Assembly: GCA_951804945.1 (NCBI GenBank) | Contig: OX638154.1 | Span: 70,122,001 to 70,186,000, forward strand | Length of the DNA: 64,000 bases | From: Podarcis cretensis | Taxonomy: Eukaryota | Direction of reading: 5' to 3' | In this document: positions 13,632-26,627 of the stretch, piece by piece | Position numbering within the stretch: the stretch's first letter is position 1 | Layout of the letters: every line of letters starts with the position of its first letter | Notes under the pieces: generated by a model | What the model was told of the DNA's origin: nothing | Databases searched by the model: none | What the model saw: only the letters and a program-made list of their open reading frames with translations | Position numbers and translations under genes: made by a program

Positions 13632-13935
13632 ATTGTTGTTGTTGTTGTTGTTATTTATTATATTTGTAAGAAGTCCTTCATCCGAAGATCACAGGGCAAT
13701 TCACAACATAAAAATACAAAACCAGAGCACAAAAGACATAATAAAACAGAAGCAAACCAATAAACCCACTCCCACAAAAAGTAATTAGCCAAGGGCCTGG
13801 TTGGGGGGGAGGGACATTTTCACCTGGTGCCTAAAGAAATGCAGTAAGTCCTTGAGGAGAGCACTCCACAAACTGGGAACCCGTTCTCATGTCGCCACCC
13901 TCCGGACCTCTTGTGAAGGAGGCGCACAAAAAACT
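13632..13935 (-). mobile_element. LINE 3' end fragment (L2-like), antisense
   Basis: (gtt)n/ttatttatt tail, then cagggcaattcacaacataaaaatacaaaa, an A-rich tract and aagggcctgg...cacctggtgcctaaa; this layout resembles squamate L2 3' ends. Family assignment is inference. Confidence 0.5.
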
Positions 13936-16900
13936 TTTGCAACTAATGAATACTCCCTTAAAATTACACATTCATTCTTTTTTAATGTACAGAATCTCAT
14001 TGTTTGATTCTTAAAATAATAATAATCAAGTGATCCTCTAATCAGCGGGTAAGCAGTATCTACTCCCACCCCAAAATAACCCCATCATCCATAGTAACAA
14101 CCTATCCATGATGAGTCTCCATTCATCAGCAGAGCATAACATCTTTGGCAGACCAGTCGACAAGCCTTGAAATGCCTGCCGTGGATCTAAAGAGCTGATT
14201 CATCCAGTTTCTGAAAAGCTTTTGTTTTCTCCTCCATAATGCCGTCGTTCAAAATGAAGTCAACCTTGGTCTCATATTTTCCATTAGAGGAAGTCTGTTG
14301 CTTCTAACAGTAAACTTCAGCAATGCATTGATTGTGCCTCCATTTGTTATAAATGTGACGTTAGTGTTTTTTAATATCTTCAAACTTAAAATATTAAAAA
14401 TAATTGTAGCATTATTTTTGGTGTAGGGAACATACACATAGCAAGAAATGAACGGTATAGGATTAGTAGCATTTGCGCACTAAAAAAAATTGACGGAATC
14501 AGCTGTGTCAGAAATAGGCAGCATCAACTCTCCCCCCCCCCCCATTAATGCACTTAACACTGTATGTATATGTATACAGCAGTTTGCATCTGGATAGTAC
14601 TCAATACTGAGTCACAGTATTGTTCTTTCTGCGCATCAGTTAAAGGCTGAACACAGATCATCTTTTCTTTCTTTACATTCTTGCTATGTATTCCTGTGGC
14701 ATTGTGAAGCAGATGCTTGTTGTGGCTTTCTTTTTTTGTGCCGTGGGTAGGAATTGGAATCCTACTGTGTCTGCTGAGCTTTAGTGCCCTGTTCTCATGT
14801 GTCTATCATTGGTGGCTCATTGAAACCATCCTTCTTGTGGCACTTTGAGGAGTGTATTGTCCCTACCTAACAAAAACAGCTTTGTTTCATAAAGTCACCT
14901 TTACATTAAGATCACTATTTCTATTCCTAAATTCCCAGAAAGAAGCAGTGAATCCAATTCCAAGCTATTCAAAAGCCACAATGTTTCTATTTCGTTGAGT
15001 CGTGTAGGACAAGACAGTAGTTTAAAAAAATAAAATGCAAATGTTATTTTCAGATTTCAGATCATTTTTTTCATGCTGTTTTAGGGAGACAAGTGTGGAT
15101 ATGCCCTGCTGGTTTGGGTTTTCCTATCTACAGAGAAAAAATGTTTCTTTTGCAGTTAACAGAAGGATGCTCTGCACAGCACTGCCTAGGCAGAACTCTT
15201 TTAACATGTAGTAATTTTACTCCTTTAAAAATAGCTGTATTTCAATATGTATATTGCTTACTGCTCATTTCATTACAAAGCTATTTTCAGTTGCTCTGTG
15301 CAGAAGTGAAATGAATCAAGAGTCTTTTCTGATTCATGAATCAAATTCAGAGCTTAATTTGAAGAAGCATATTTTGAATTTGATTTAATATGAAAATTTG
15401 TTGATAATTGCATTTTCTTGTTCTGGCTTACTATTTACAAGTCCCTTAGAAAAAGGAAAGGTAACATGATCGTGCTTACTTTGTAATATATAATACTTTA
15501 TTTAAAGAAGAAAATAAATTTTGGCCACAGTCCTGCACCCCAAAAATAACAAGAAAAACCCGTGAGTCGAGATTTATCTATCAGGCATGTTACAGACTTC
15601 CTCCAGTGCAAGCTTTGGGCCAAACTAGATGTGATGTTTTTTGTATCTTTAGTCTCTGTATGGCTATTTTTTTTCCTGGCAATAAATATCTGACATGGGA
15701 TGTCTGAGCCAGATCAGGGCTGTGGCATCGGGGCGGGAGGAGGAAGAGTTAGTCTTCATCCCACTATGGTCTTGCTCCAAATCAGGGGTGGCATGTATAC
15801 TATCTGTTTCATTCCCTAATGGTGACAAAAGTCCCTGTCGCAGCACACCCAGCCCACCTCTGGGACCCCTGTGCCAGCTAGCTAGCTGTTTATTTCTTTA
15901 TTTTGAAAAACCAGCCACACATGAGCTTCCGACATGAATAATGTCATGTTTAGTTTGACCCTCTGTCTTTAAGAAGACTTATACCAAATCCTTCTCCTTG
16001 CAGTACTGTGTAACTGGACAGCTTGACGAAACCTGCACCCATCCTCTCTTTCAAACGTATACACATAAGCACACACAAACACATGCATGCACATAAATTA
16101 TTTCTGTGGATGTCTGTTCAAAATTCTTCACAGACACATCTACACAGAGGAAGAAATAGTGAATATTGGAACATGCACTGAGTATTTAGCTTGTAGATTC
16201 CAAATTAATGATCAGCATACTTCAAATTTAAGTTCATGACTGTCCAGGTTGAGAACAGCTACATGCGAGTGTTCGGTCTTTTCATGTGAAAGCAGACAAG
16301 CAAAAGAAGTGAGTATACTTTTAAACTGTTCCAGCTCTGACACGTCATCTCTGCGCAGTTTAGAGCCCACAAAAGGTTACTAAAAACATGGTTTATTAGG
16401 GGTTTCACAATATTACCAGAGGGCAGCACAGTCTCTTAGCTTCCCTCCCCCCTCTGAATTAATGCTCATTTTCAGCTACAGTATTTTCACTTCTGATATT
16501 CAGTTGTTTAACATTGTACACAGTGCTCAGGTTTGCATGCTCAGATAAGGGTTAGGATAAATGAGTTTCAATGCTTTGCTAGTAGTCCTAGATTAACACC
16601 CATTAAGTTAACGACGTTTCCATCCCTGTGCTGTGCATCTCACTGCTTCTAGTCGTGGGGGTTAACGTGGTGAAGATTTCAAAATGTGTTTTCCAAATCT
16701 ATTGGAAACTTAGCTTTTCATGCAGTGCATGAAAACCCATGAGTTTTCTCATGGGTGGCTAGTTGCAGGAGGTCTTGCATCCAGTTTTCCACATATGATG
16801 TCCTTTCCAACACTGAAGGATTATTCACTTTGCTGCCAAAGTAGAACCATCATTCCTTTCCTTTTGGTAACCCCCACCTGGCAGGTGTGGAGCCATTTGT

Positions 16901-19900
16901 GTTGGCATCTCCTATCAACAGGGATTGGTCCATAACTCTGTACTTCCTTTCAGAAGCGTTGGATTACTGGGCAGCTATTTATACCTCCAGCAGTAATCTG
17001 TGGATGTGATGCCCCTGTGCTTAAGGCATGTTGGTGCCCATTAGGCCCAGAAGAAGATTTTCTGTTGAATGAACCTCAGTCTAATGTTGTGGGTTAGCTG
17101 GTTGGATACTAAGTAAGGCTTTCCTCCACAGTGTAGATGTTAGATGTGCTTCTACTTCTTTGTCCTGCTTTTGCCTCAGCCTCACAGAGTTTAGATCCTG
17201 GTTCAGTATGTTACATGCTGATGTGCCTAGGCACTTGCTGAGCCTCCTTGAGAAGGAAAAGCTACAGGCTTCTTGCAGGAGATCCAGGGTTTCTGCTGCA
17301 CTCAGAGCATCTGTGCAATCCCCACTCAGTGTTGTGAAGGGCTCTAAACTGTGCAGAGATGACACACCAGAAGGGGCTTTGCACTGGGCCTCCACTCTCC
17401 TAATGGTCTTGTTTAAATGCAAGGAGATTGAACACCAGAATGGGGCTAATAATAGTGATGCCAATATTATCTACACATTTGTCATGTAAATTTCCTCTTA
17501 TTTCTGGTGTCATTCAGAATGTTCAGATGAGCTTTATTTACTTATTTCAATCTCCCCGCTTTTCTGTAACTACCTGCTTTTAAATCTCTCTTTTTTCTTT
17601 TGAACTTTTGTTTTAAAAATCTGCTTTCTTCTCTCTGTACAAAACCCAAATCCTTCTCTGTGGTCTTCTTCTTTTAAGGTTGACATTCCCTTTGTAACGA
17701 GACTGAAGTTTTCTGTATCTACATGAAGTGGTTTGCAGCAGTCCTTATTGAGCTGCAACAAGTGTCTGAATTACTGGAATATCTGAAACCCTAGTGTCAC
17801 TTTTGCTACAACCCTGTCAGCGCTGCTTCTGAAATTGTCATTGTGCGCCCTGTATACTTGCATCAAAGCACTGAATTGCACTGCTCTGTTCCCCTGTGCT
17901 TGAGTTAATGCACTTACATCCATCATGTGTTTCAGGTTCAAGGCCAAGGAGAGACGAGACCATCCTTGTCTAGCAATACACATCTTCTGCGCTCCTTTTC
18001 TGCTAATAGAGCTCTGATACACTGCACTGTCAATTACTTTTATTTTGAGCATGATTAGTGAGCATGAAGGGACTGACTGCGCAGTTTCTAGTCTGTAGCC
18101 CTCGGTTTTTGTTTTGCTTTTGTTTTTTGGCTAACCCACACTTGACCTTTGGTGGGCGAACATTTTTTTTCTTTAGACTCAACTCCCTCTTCCGCCCATA
18201 CAGCATTTCATTTTTCCTGTCACTTCCCTCTAAGGGATCCATGAGTGATGAGTAGATCTGGGTTTCTCCTTGTTTGTTTCCCTACAGTGCCATCTTAAGC
18301 CATGGTATGCAAAACATTTGTGTTAAGAAGGATGCATGTGAACCAGCATCCCAAAAACCAAAGTTGCTTAAGGAACCTAAATTGTGAGGAAAGGTTCCTT
18401 GGTTGCATACTTTGAAGCACTGCCACCCCCCCCCCCAAAAAAAAAAAGAGCATGGAGATCTCGGGGAGCCATAGCATTCATTTAGTTTATTTACTTGTGA
18501 TTTATGTCCTGCCATGTAGCCTAGAATGCACAGTGATTGTATATAAAAGCAAGAGAATAATGATTTTTCTCCTTATAAATCCTCGGAGCTCAGTACAGAT
18601 TATGAATACAGATTATGAATAGTCTCTTGTGATGGCGAAATTAGAGGGGGAAAGTTAAGGAAATGGAAGGAAAATTCCAAGATTGGAAGAAAAGTGAACT
18701 AGGCAGAGTGCCAAAGCTTGCTCCTTGTAGTAAATTCATGCTCTCTGTGTTACATTTAGTGTACAACATATAAACAGTATAAACAAACATCAGTATAAAA
18801 ACCTCAACTATAATAACAGTGTCAATGAATACAGGGTATAGGATCCAGAGTTAATGGTCGGGAAAAGCAAAAACAGTATGTATTAAAGGGGCATGTGAAG
18901 TATATAGCACAGGGAAGGGCTTTCAGAAGAGAAGGTGCAATGACAGAAAATGCCTGTTTATGGGCCACTGCCATAATTTTCTGTATACCTATATGTTTTT
19001 AATAGTAACCTAGGGAAGTAGCCTCAAAACAAAGTAAGGGATATATATATAGGCGTGCCTGTCACACTTACAATAGTGTTGCCTGTGGAAAGCATCTAAG
19101 TGTGAAGCGGGCACATGCATTCCCAGATAGTCAATATACCTGCCGTAAGAAGCCACTTGGAGAAATTGCCTTTTGCCATCACACTTTACAACAAGAGTGG
19201 GGAAACAGGAGATGAGGTTGGGTTCCCACCTGCCATCATCTTTGATTGTCTCCTAATGGGGACTGATGGAGGCTGTCAGACCCAGATTTACCATTTAGCA
19301 TTTCTCCAGAGGCAGCAGCAGTATAAATGTAGAAAACATACCAGTCACTACAGAGTGTGATCAATCCCAAGACATGTTCAGCAGACCAGCTTCAGGCCAA
19401 TCTTCCAGATTTACCAGGCTGCAGTTCTCTACCATATTACTTGGGAGTAGGCCCAGTAGGATTTAGATCTGAGTTGAAATGCATTGGATCACACTCTCAG
19501 TCTTTTGGACCTAGTAGCACCAATGCACAACTGCAGTCACCCTTCTTCTTGCTTTTCCTTTACCACTTCTGGCCTTTTCGGTTCTCTGTTGCCGTCACTT
19601 AACAGGACAGAACACGGCATCTGTCTCGGAGAGTTCACCCATCTGATTAAAAACTGTGGTGACTTTTCAAGTACTTCCATTGTCATAGTGCACAATTCCT
19701 GTCACCACTTAAAAATCCAAAACTCCAATTTGGATGATCGAGTAACACCATGCCCTACTAGAGACTTGTTCAGGCAAATGTTGACTATGGTAGCTGGCCA
19801 TTCCAGTGTTCACACATATTGCCATTATTTTTTGGATGTGGCATTCCTTCCTAAAATGATTGAAACAAATATCAACAAAACTTGTTCTGCAATCTCATTG

Positions 19901-22098
19901 CAACTCCATCTATTCACTGGAACCTGGAATGGTGCTGTAATTGGATTCTTTGGTAAATGATTAGAGCTATGTATCACACAGGATACGATACCCTCGCATC
20001 ATTTGTTGTCTTCTTGCTTCTTTATGGACTGCATTCAGATATGTATTACTGTTGCGAGGATTCTTCTCAATTGATTAAGTGTCTTGGGTTCTAATAGCTC
20101 TCTATTTGTTTCGTTTTTTCAAAAATTCCCGTCTACTGCCAATGGTTCCTGCTCCCCCCCAAAAACCTTTTCAACAAGAAAGCTGCTGTAGATGAATTGC
20201 TACTAATATGAGAATTCTAAATCAAGCTAAAAATGCATTGCTTTTTCCTTGAATAAGAGTGTTATTGATTAAATTACAGAGGAATTGAGAGAACCCCACT
20301 TGACATTTCTCTCAATTATACTGCACAATATATGTTGATACTTCAAATAACCCAAGTCAGTCCTTTTAGGATTAATAAGCACATCAGAAGCACCACTTCC
20401 TACATCTGTGCATGATATTTTATTTTAAGCCTTGCTTGGACCCAGGAATTCAGTGGAAAATATTCAAGTGTTCCATTCATTAGCTGCACTGATTGAACTT
20501 GCAGTTTTTGTTTACTTTAGCAAACCCATCTGTCCCTGAAAATGCGCAGTTGTACAACTGTGCACTCACAGCCGACATATCACTAATAATTATGTTATCC
20601 TTGTCTTTATGCCACTGTTTTACTACTATTCATCCTAAGCAGGTGCAATCTTCCTCTTATTGGTGGATTATGATGTGAAACAATGCAACATGATTGTTTC
20701 ATGTACCAGTCATGTCTTTGGCAAGAAAATGTTTCATGGATAATGCCGTTGTTAAAAAGTATATTTATTATAAAATATTGCGTACATTAGCTTGCAGTTG
20801 AGACATGCTACATAAAGAATGGCATGGCCAGCATTTTCTCCAAGGTGTATGCTTTTCCTCCTTAGAAAAATAATGCACTTTTTATAGCTAGCCGTTATTG
20901 GACAAAAGTTAGCTTATACATTCTCATCCCAATGCCGAGTCCTTCATTTACTCTGATAAATGTGCAAGCTTTCCAATTCATTTCAATGGAGAAAGCTGCT
21001 ACGTACATGCAATCCTATGTGCACAGAAATCAGCTCCATTTATTGCACTGCCTGGACCAGAACAGATTGCTGTACTGGAATATCTATCTACAAGTATTTA
21101 ATATATTCCTGCCTTGGAATTGAGTAAGTTGCATTAGCTAACCAACCCCCCACTCCATGTTTTTCTTTTATTGGGATGACGGGGCAAAGATTTGATAGAA
21201 ATTATGAATATTTGGTAAGATTCGCTTTGTAAACTAGGCTTCTCACTTTTATTCTTTTAATTGCTTACTGTGCTTTGTTTCTTCCTTCTAGAGTTATGTA
21301 CTTATTTCTCTTAAGCAGATGTTTCACATCAAGATTGAAAAGTCATTGCATTTCTCAAGATTAATATCCAGCAGTACAAAAGCACCCCCCCAAAAAAAAA
21401 AAAAGATAACACAAACGAGCCACCTCCCCTTATAAGAAAGAAGGGCAGGGCACAATTGAATGGTGGGAATAGGAAATATAATATACATATAACACTTTTT
21501 TACTATGTTATGAAGCCTCAGGAGACGTTCCGTACTTAAGACAACCTGGTTTTTCAGCACACCTCTGTTCTAAAGCCGGAAACCTCTGTTTTGCACAGGT
21601 TCAAGCTGTTTTGTGTGACTTCTGAACAAAGTATCTATTTTTAAAGTTTATCAACTGATTAAATTTCAGACAGATTTTTAAAAAATAAATAAATAAGATA
21701 CGCTCCCTCACTTTATTTATTTATTTGCTAGCCATGGTGAATTATGGTGGCTTTTCTCCCTCCCCTCTCCCCTCTCTACTCCCCTTCAAAGAGATTCTTT
21801 CTTTTTCTTCTTGCTTTCCCATTGCTTTTGGTGCTTTAGCGAATGTCAAGCATTTCAAGAATATTTGCAGGGGTCCCCCTTTTGCTGGTTTGATGAAAAT
21901 TCATTTGGTATTTCTAAAGCTATGAGATCTCAGAAGTTTCCATTTCGTTCAGTGGAAAGGGGCACAAGTAATATAGTGCATACCATATAATGCTTGCTAA
22001 ACCTCATTGTCTAAAATGACATACACAGCAAACTAGAAGCCATGCTGTTTCAGGATGGAGAGGTGGATGGGGGTGGGATGGGGAGAGAGACGGAGGGA

Positions 22099-22128
22099 CC
22101 GACGGACGAACGAACGAACGAACGAACG
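22099..22128. repeat. (CGAA)n/(CGGA)n tetranucleotide repeat
   Basis: gacggacgaacgaacgaacgaacgaacg. Confidence 0.85.
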
Positions 22129-23797
22129 AGGAAGCTTCCCATCCAATACTGTCTCCCTTCAACCAGGGTGCAACAGAGACATAGATCTTAAGTATCCCCA
22201 TTCCATTTGTGGAAGGAACTGTAGTCCATCAGATGTTCCCAGCACATCAGAGGTGGAACAGTACTTTTTTGCCCATGTGCCCTTGTTCCTGCAGCCCCAT
22301 GTGCCACACCTCATTCTGCAGTGCAGCAGATTTTCAACGGGCAAAGGTGGTCCAGGTTAAAGGGGAATCAGTTCAGGATAATCCTGTGAATGGAACTCAA
22401 CCCTTTGGGACTCTCCCGTTAGCAGAAGCTTAGTTGGCAGCTATAAAACTGCTTATTTTCTGCTCCTCCAATCAGCTTTCCTGTTCTGTCAGGGAGATGG
22501 GAGAAAGCCTTCCCTTGAATGAAAGGGGAAAGCAACTTATTCTCTCCTGCGGTGTGAGCTGGCTGCATAACTCTGAGCAAAGAAGGATATATTTCCACTC
22601 TCTGCCAGGTTGAGTCTTCTCATCCTACATGAAGAGGGGAACCTCTTCTCTGAAGGTGTGGAACCAGCTATTTGACTCAGGAGAGAGAGGAGGAAAAAAG
22701 CACTTTCTCATTTAGCTAGGGAAATCGCATACCGTAACCTCCCTGAAGGTTGCTTCCTTTAATTTGGCAACAGCCATTTCAAAAAGAGGCAGCCTGCAGA
22801 TTCTGGAAAAGTGATCTTGCCTCCTGCATGGTGAGGCAGAGGAGGATCAGGCTGCTTGTGGAAGTTTATGTGAGCAGGGGAGAAATCAGTAGTGCCATAG
22901 AAATAAGTAATAGAAGGTGTCATAGCTCAGTGGTGGAGCAGATCTGAGTGAAAGAGTGAATCTGTGTGAGGGGTAGGTGATGGTTGTATTTGAACCTCAC
23001 GTCCAACTTCAGTGTTCCTTACCTGCAAAACAAAAATGTCTTGCAGGATGTCTTCTAAAAGCTTGTCTGCTCTGCATGCACTCTGTTCTTCTTTGTGCTT
23101 GAGACACAGTTTGATGTTGACCTGCTGAGGTCTGATATAATGTGTGAATGGGCTTGCATGTGGCAAGGGACCTGCTGCTGCTGCACTTCTTACAACCAAG
23201 CAGGAAAGCACAGGAAAGGAGTCCTAAACTGAGCCTCTGTACAGATTTCCATTGTGCAAAATTTCACACATACACACAAAAATCATCTAATTTAGTTGCT
23301 TTCTTTACTTTCCTTTTTAAAAGGAACCTCTAAAAACTAGAAATGGTTGGTTTAGCAGAAGAGTAAAAGCTGACAAATAACTCTTGGTCTGCAAAAGCGT
23401 GGAAAACGTAAGAGTTTTGCTTTAATTTCTGCACCATGTAAGCAAAATGAGAGGTACAATAGCGGACTGTATTGAATTCACACCCCTGTTCAAAGGCTTT
23501 GGGTCCAATAGGATGTGTCCACTAGAGGAGGAGGAGTGTAGCGATTTTTGACAATTTCTCTCTAGCAGCAGCCCTGAAAATATTTTTGGGATGATCCCCT
23601 AGAACAGGGGGCTGCAGGGGCAAAATCAACAAAACACCCCCCTCCTTGGTTAGCAAATACCATAAGACAAGGAGGACTGATTTGATTTCACCCAGTTGGG
23701 ATTGCTTACAGGTTCTGCAGCAAGACTGAAGATGAAGGGTGTGTACAGAGAGATAAGACTAGGGGCAGTCTTGTAAGGATTTGGGCATTAAAGTATA

Positions 23798-23894
23798 GAT
23801 AGCTCAGTTGGCAGAGCATGAGACCCTTAATCTCAAGGTCATCAGTTCAAGCCCCACATTGGGCAAAACTATTCCAACTCTACGATTCCATGAT
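23798..23894 (+). mobile_element. tRNA-Lys(CTT)-derived SINE remnant with a CR1-like 3' tail
   Basis: tagctcagttggcagagcatgagacccttaatctcaaggtcatcagttcaagccccacattgggc follows tRNA-Lys-CTT (anticodon ctt at 23826-23828) but lacks the 5' acceptor strand; it is followed by ttccaactctacgattccatgat. Confidence 0.75.
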
Positions 23895-24649
23895 AATGTT
23901 CAAACTTTGCTGGTTTTACATTTGGTTCAATATGAGCAGAACTCGAAACCTTTCAATTTTATGAGCACTACCTCCCACATCTGTGTTGCCGCCAACTTGT
24001 AGAGGAAGAGAAAGAATTAAGCCTGAATGTTAAGGTGAACTGTGTGTGCAATTTGTAAGCAATCTATGAGATTGTACATCTTTACTGCTTACATGGTGAG
24101 AAAGTTAACGCATCAACCTTAACTTGTGATTTCTATGATTTTTAGAGCACGGGTGACTTGTTGAAGCCTTCACTCTTCTTAAACTAAAGGGTTTTTCTTA
24201 TTTAAAAAATGTATATATAGTGACATACATAATACATCTATATGTGCATATCATATTAATAGGTTTTTTTTAAAAAAAAAAAAGATAAAGTTGACAGGAT
24301 TTTGCTTGCGGCTTTGCAAAGGGAAGGATAGGTATATCATGCATTAGTCAAGTCTTTCATTATTTATTCAGGTTGACTAAGTGAAACTACATACGAGCAT
24401 TTTCAGGACTGCCTCTTTAACCTACTAAAATGATTGATCCATGTTCACTTATGTAACTGTAGAATCTTTCTCCTGCTAGGTTTTCCTGTTGTCTGTTTCT
24501 CTCTATCCAATGTAGTGCACTTCTTATTCTCCCTGTGTTTAACATCTTGTGAACTAATTTAATCTTCGCCTAATAGTCAATTTGTGTTAATCTTCTTCTT
24601 TTTTCCCTTGCACTTTTTTTTTTCATTTTTCTTCCGATGCTTGAAATAG

Positions 24650-24664
24650 AAGTGGAGCAAAAAG
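24650..24664 (+). CDS. ADGRL2: Alternative microexon (15 nt, KVEQK; or 12 nt from 24653, MEQK) between lectin and olfactomedin domains (latrophilin splice site A)
   Basis: Long pyrimidine tract, then ...gaaatag|aagtggagcaaaaag|gtaaat. Phase 1-1: tac a+aa gtg gag caa aaa g+tt ttt gives Y-KVEQK-VFVCPG, the known latrophilin insert. Confidence 0.9.
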
Positions 24665-25197
24665 GTAAATAACGTATATAGTCCCAAACCCCCACCCCCA
24701 GCTCCTTGTTATGTGCCTTATGGATGTTAACCTCCTCCACCCCTTCCCTTCCCCACAACACTCTGGTAACTATGGTGGTCAGCAGGATCTCATAAGCGCC
24801 CCTCATAAAGAAGTCGACTTTGCAGTAAACTGGCTGGGCTGCTGAACTGACTCGGCTACTTAAAGCAGGTGGCGGGATTTAGTGTCTGGTGTACCTGCTC
24901 CGGGACAGAGGCTCCCTTTTGCTTTCTTCCTCCCTTTCTTTCTCTTTCCCTGTCTTTCTCTCACCCTTGACTAAATCTTGTTAATGAACCCTCATCTTGC
25001 TTGGCTTCCAGAACCCACTCCATAGCATGCCATAATTACAGGGGTCCCTGGTCTGTTTCATCCATCGCTTTGGTTGTCCTTTATTTTTTTGTTGCTCCTA
25101 ATGAAGATCTGTGTATATATTTTACACACACACACGGGTTACACACACACAAACAAACCCCAAAACTAAAAGCGCATATCTATATATCTATATAGAT

Positions 25198-25384
25198 ACA
25201 TTCAAACTTCAGTTCCCGAACGCCTACATTTTGGAATGTTTCGGCTCCCGAACATCCGACACGAATTCCAGTCTGCAAAAAGCCTAGCTGTCAGCCAATC
25301 AGTGGCCTTGGAATTCAAATGTTTCGGAAGTCGAATGTCCTTCCAAAACGGATTGTGTTCAACTTCCAAGGTTCAACCACATAT
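25198..25384. mobile_element. Degenerate mariner/Tigger-like MITE remnant
   Basis: Locally CpG-rich with repeated cccgaac/gtttcgg motifs and an acggatt...gttc...ccaaggtt 3' end resembling the ends of MITE families A/B; TIRs are eroded. Confidence 0.4.
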
Positions 25385-25826
25385 ATAGAGATAATATCAA
25401 GGCACTGTTGTTTTCAACCACACAGTTTATTAAAGTTTCTACAAGTTTTATGACTTTAAATCCATTGAAGTGTTGTACACCAGTTGAAAGGTCTGGAGAA
25501 TAAATCCTGTCTTCATCATAAATGCAAGCGTAGTTATCTGCTTCCAGATGCATAGATGCGCCATAGATGCGACCTTGGGTGATATTAGCGAAAACACTTC
25601 ACATACTGGTTACTATGGTAACTTTAAGAAGCATGGATGACAAAGGGTAATACATGCATTAATTACATATGAGGTACAATAAATATTGTTGCCAGTTAAT
25701 TGGATCTTTTCTTCTTTATTGTCACTTGTGATTTTTTTTACCTTGACTTTAATTGGTAGCATGCACATTTTATTTTATTGTTTTAAAAAAATAAATCTTG
25801 TCTTGCTTCTTCTCTGCGACTGCTAG

Positions 25827-26627
25827 TTTTTGTTTGCCCTGGGACATTGAAAGCCGTTGTGGATTCCCCAAATTTATATGAAGCGGAACAAAAGGCAGGT
25901 GCCTGGTGCAAGGACCCTCTTCAAGCTGCGGATAAAATATACTTCATGCCGTGGACTCCATACCGTACTGATACTTTGATAGAATATGCTTCTTTAGAGG
26001 ACTTTCAAAATGGACGCCAGCAGACGACATACAAGCTTCCAAACCGAGTGGATGGTACTGGATTTGTGGTATACGATGGTGCTGTCTTTTTTAACAAGGA
26101 AAGAACTAGGAACATTGTAAAGTTCGATTTGAGGACTAGAATTAAGAGTGGAGAGGCAATTATAAATTATGCCAACTACCACGACACTTCCCCTTACAGG
26201 TGGGGAGGGAAGACTGACATTGATTTGGCAGTTGACGAAAATGGCTTGTGGGTCATTTACGCCACGGAACAAAACAATGGGATGATAGTTATTAGCCAAC
26301 TGAATCCTTATACCTTGCGTTTCGAGGCAACGTGGGAAACTACGTATGACAAACGGGCAGCATCTAACGCCTTTATGATATGCGGGGTTCTCTACGTTGT
26401 GCGGTCCGTATACCAAGACAATGAAAGTGAAACTGGCAAGAACTCAATTGATTACATTTACAACACTCGGTTATTCAGAGGAGAATATGTAGATATCCCT
26501 TTCCCCAACATGTACCATTATATTGCTGCTGTGGATTACAATCCAAGAGACAATCAACTGTATGTGTGGAACAACAACTTCATCCTGCGATATTCTCTAG
26601 AGTTTGGTCCCCCTGACCCCGCTCAAG
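25827..26627 (+). CDS. ADGRL2: Exon (801 nt): olfactomedin domain, [14 protein letters not shown]...[12 protein letters not shown]
   Basis: ctag| acceptor and g|gtaggc donor; coincides with ORF 25847..26659; olfactomedin motifs [44 protein letters not shown]. Confidence 0.98.

Noticed and set aside
17081-17489. Overlapping 127-aa and 109-aa ORFs on opposite strands
   Set aside because: No motif or homology recognised; such lengths are expected by chance in 64 kb.
19484-19960. 158-aa ORF, the longest outside the exons
   Set aside because: Non-ATG start, no recognisable domain and no splice context compatible with ADGRL2. It may overlap a decayed retroelement, but I cannot support that.
23798-23864. 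Functional tRNA-Lys gene
   Set aside because: The 5' acceptor strand is missing, the T-arm is mismatched, there is no oligo-T terminator, and a CR1-like tail follows; called a SINE instead.
25994-26416. 140-aa antisense ORF
   Set aside because: It lies wholly opposite the olfactomedin exon; a shadow ORF with no recognisable protein features.
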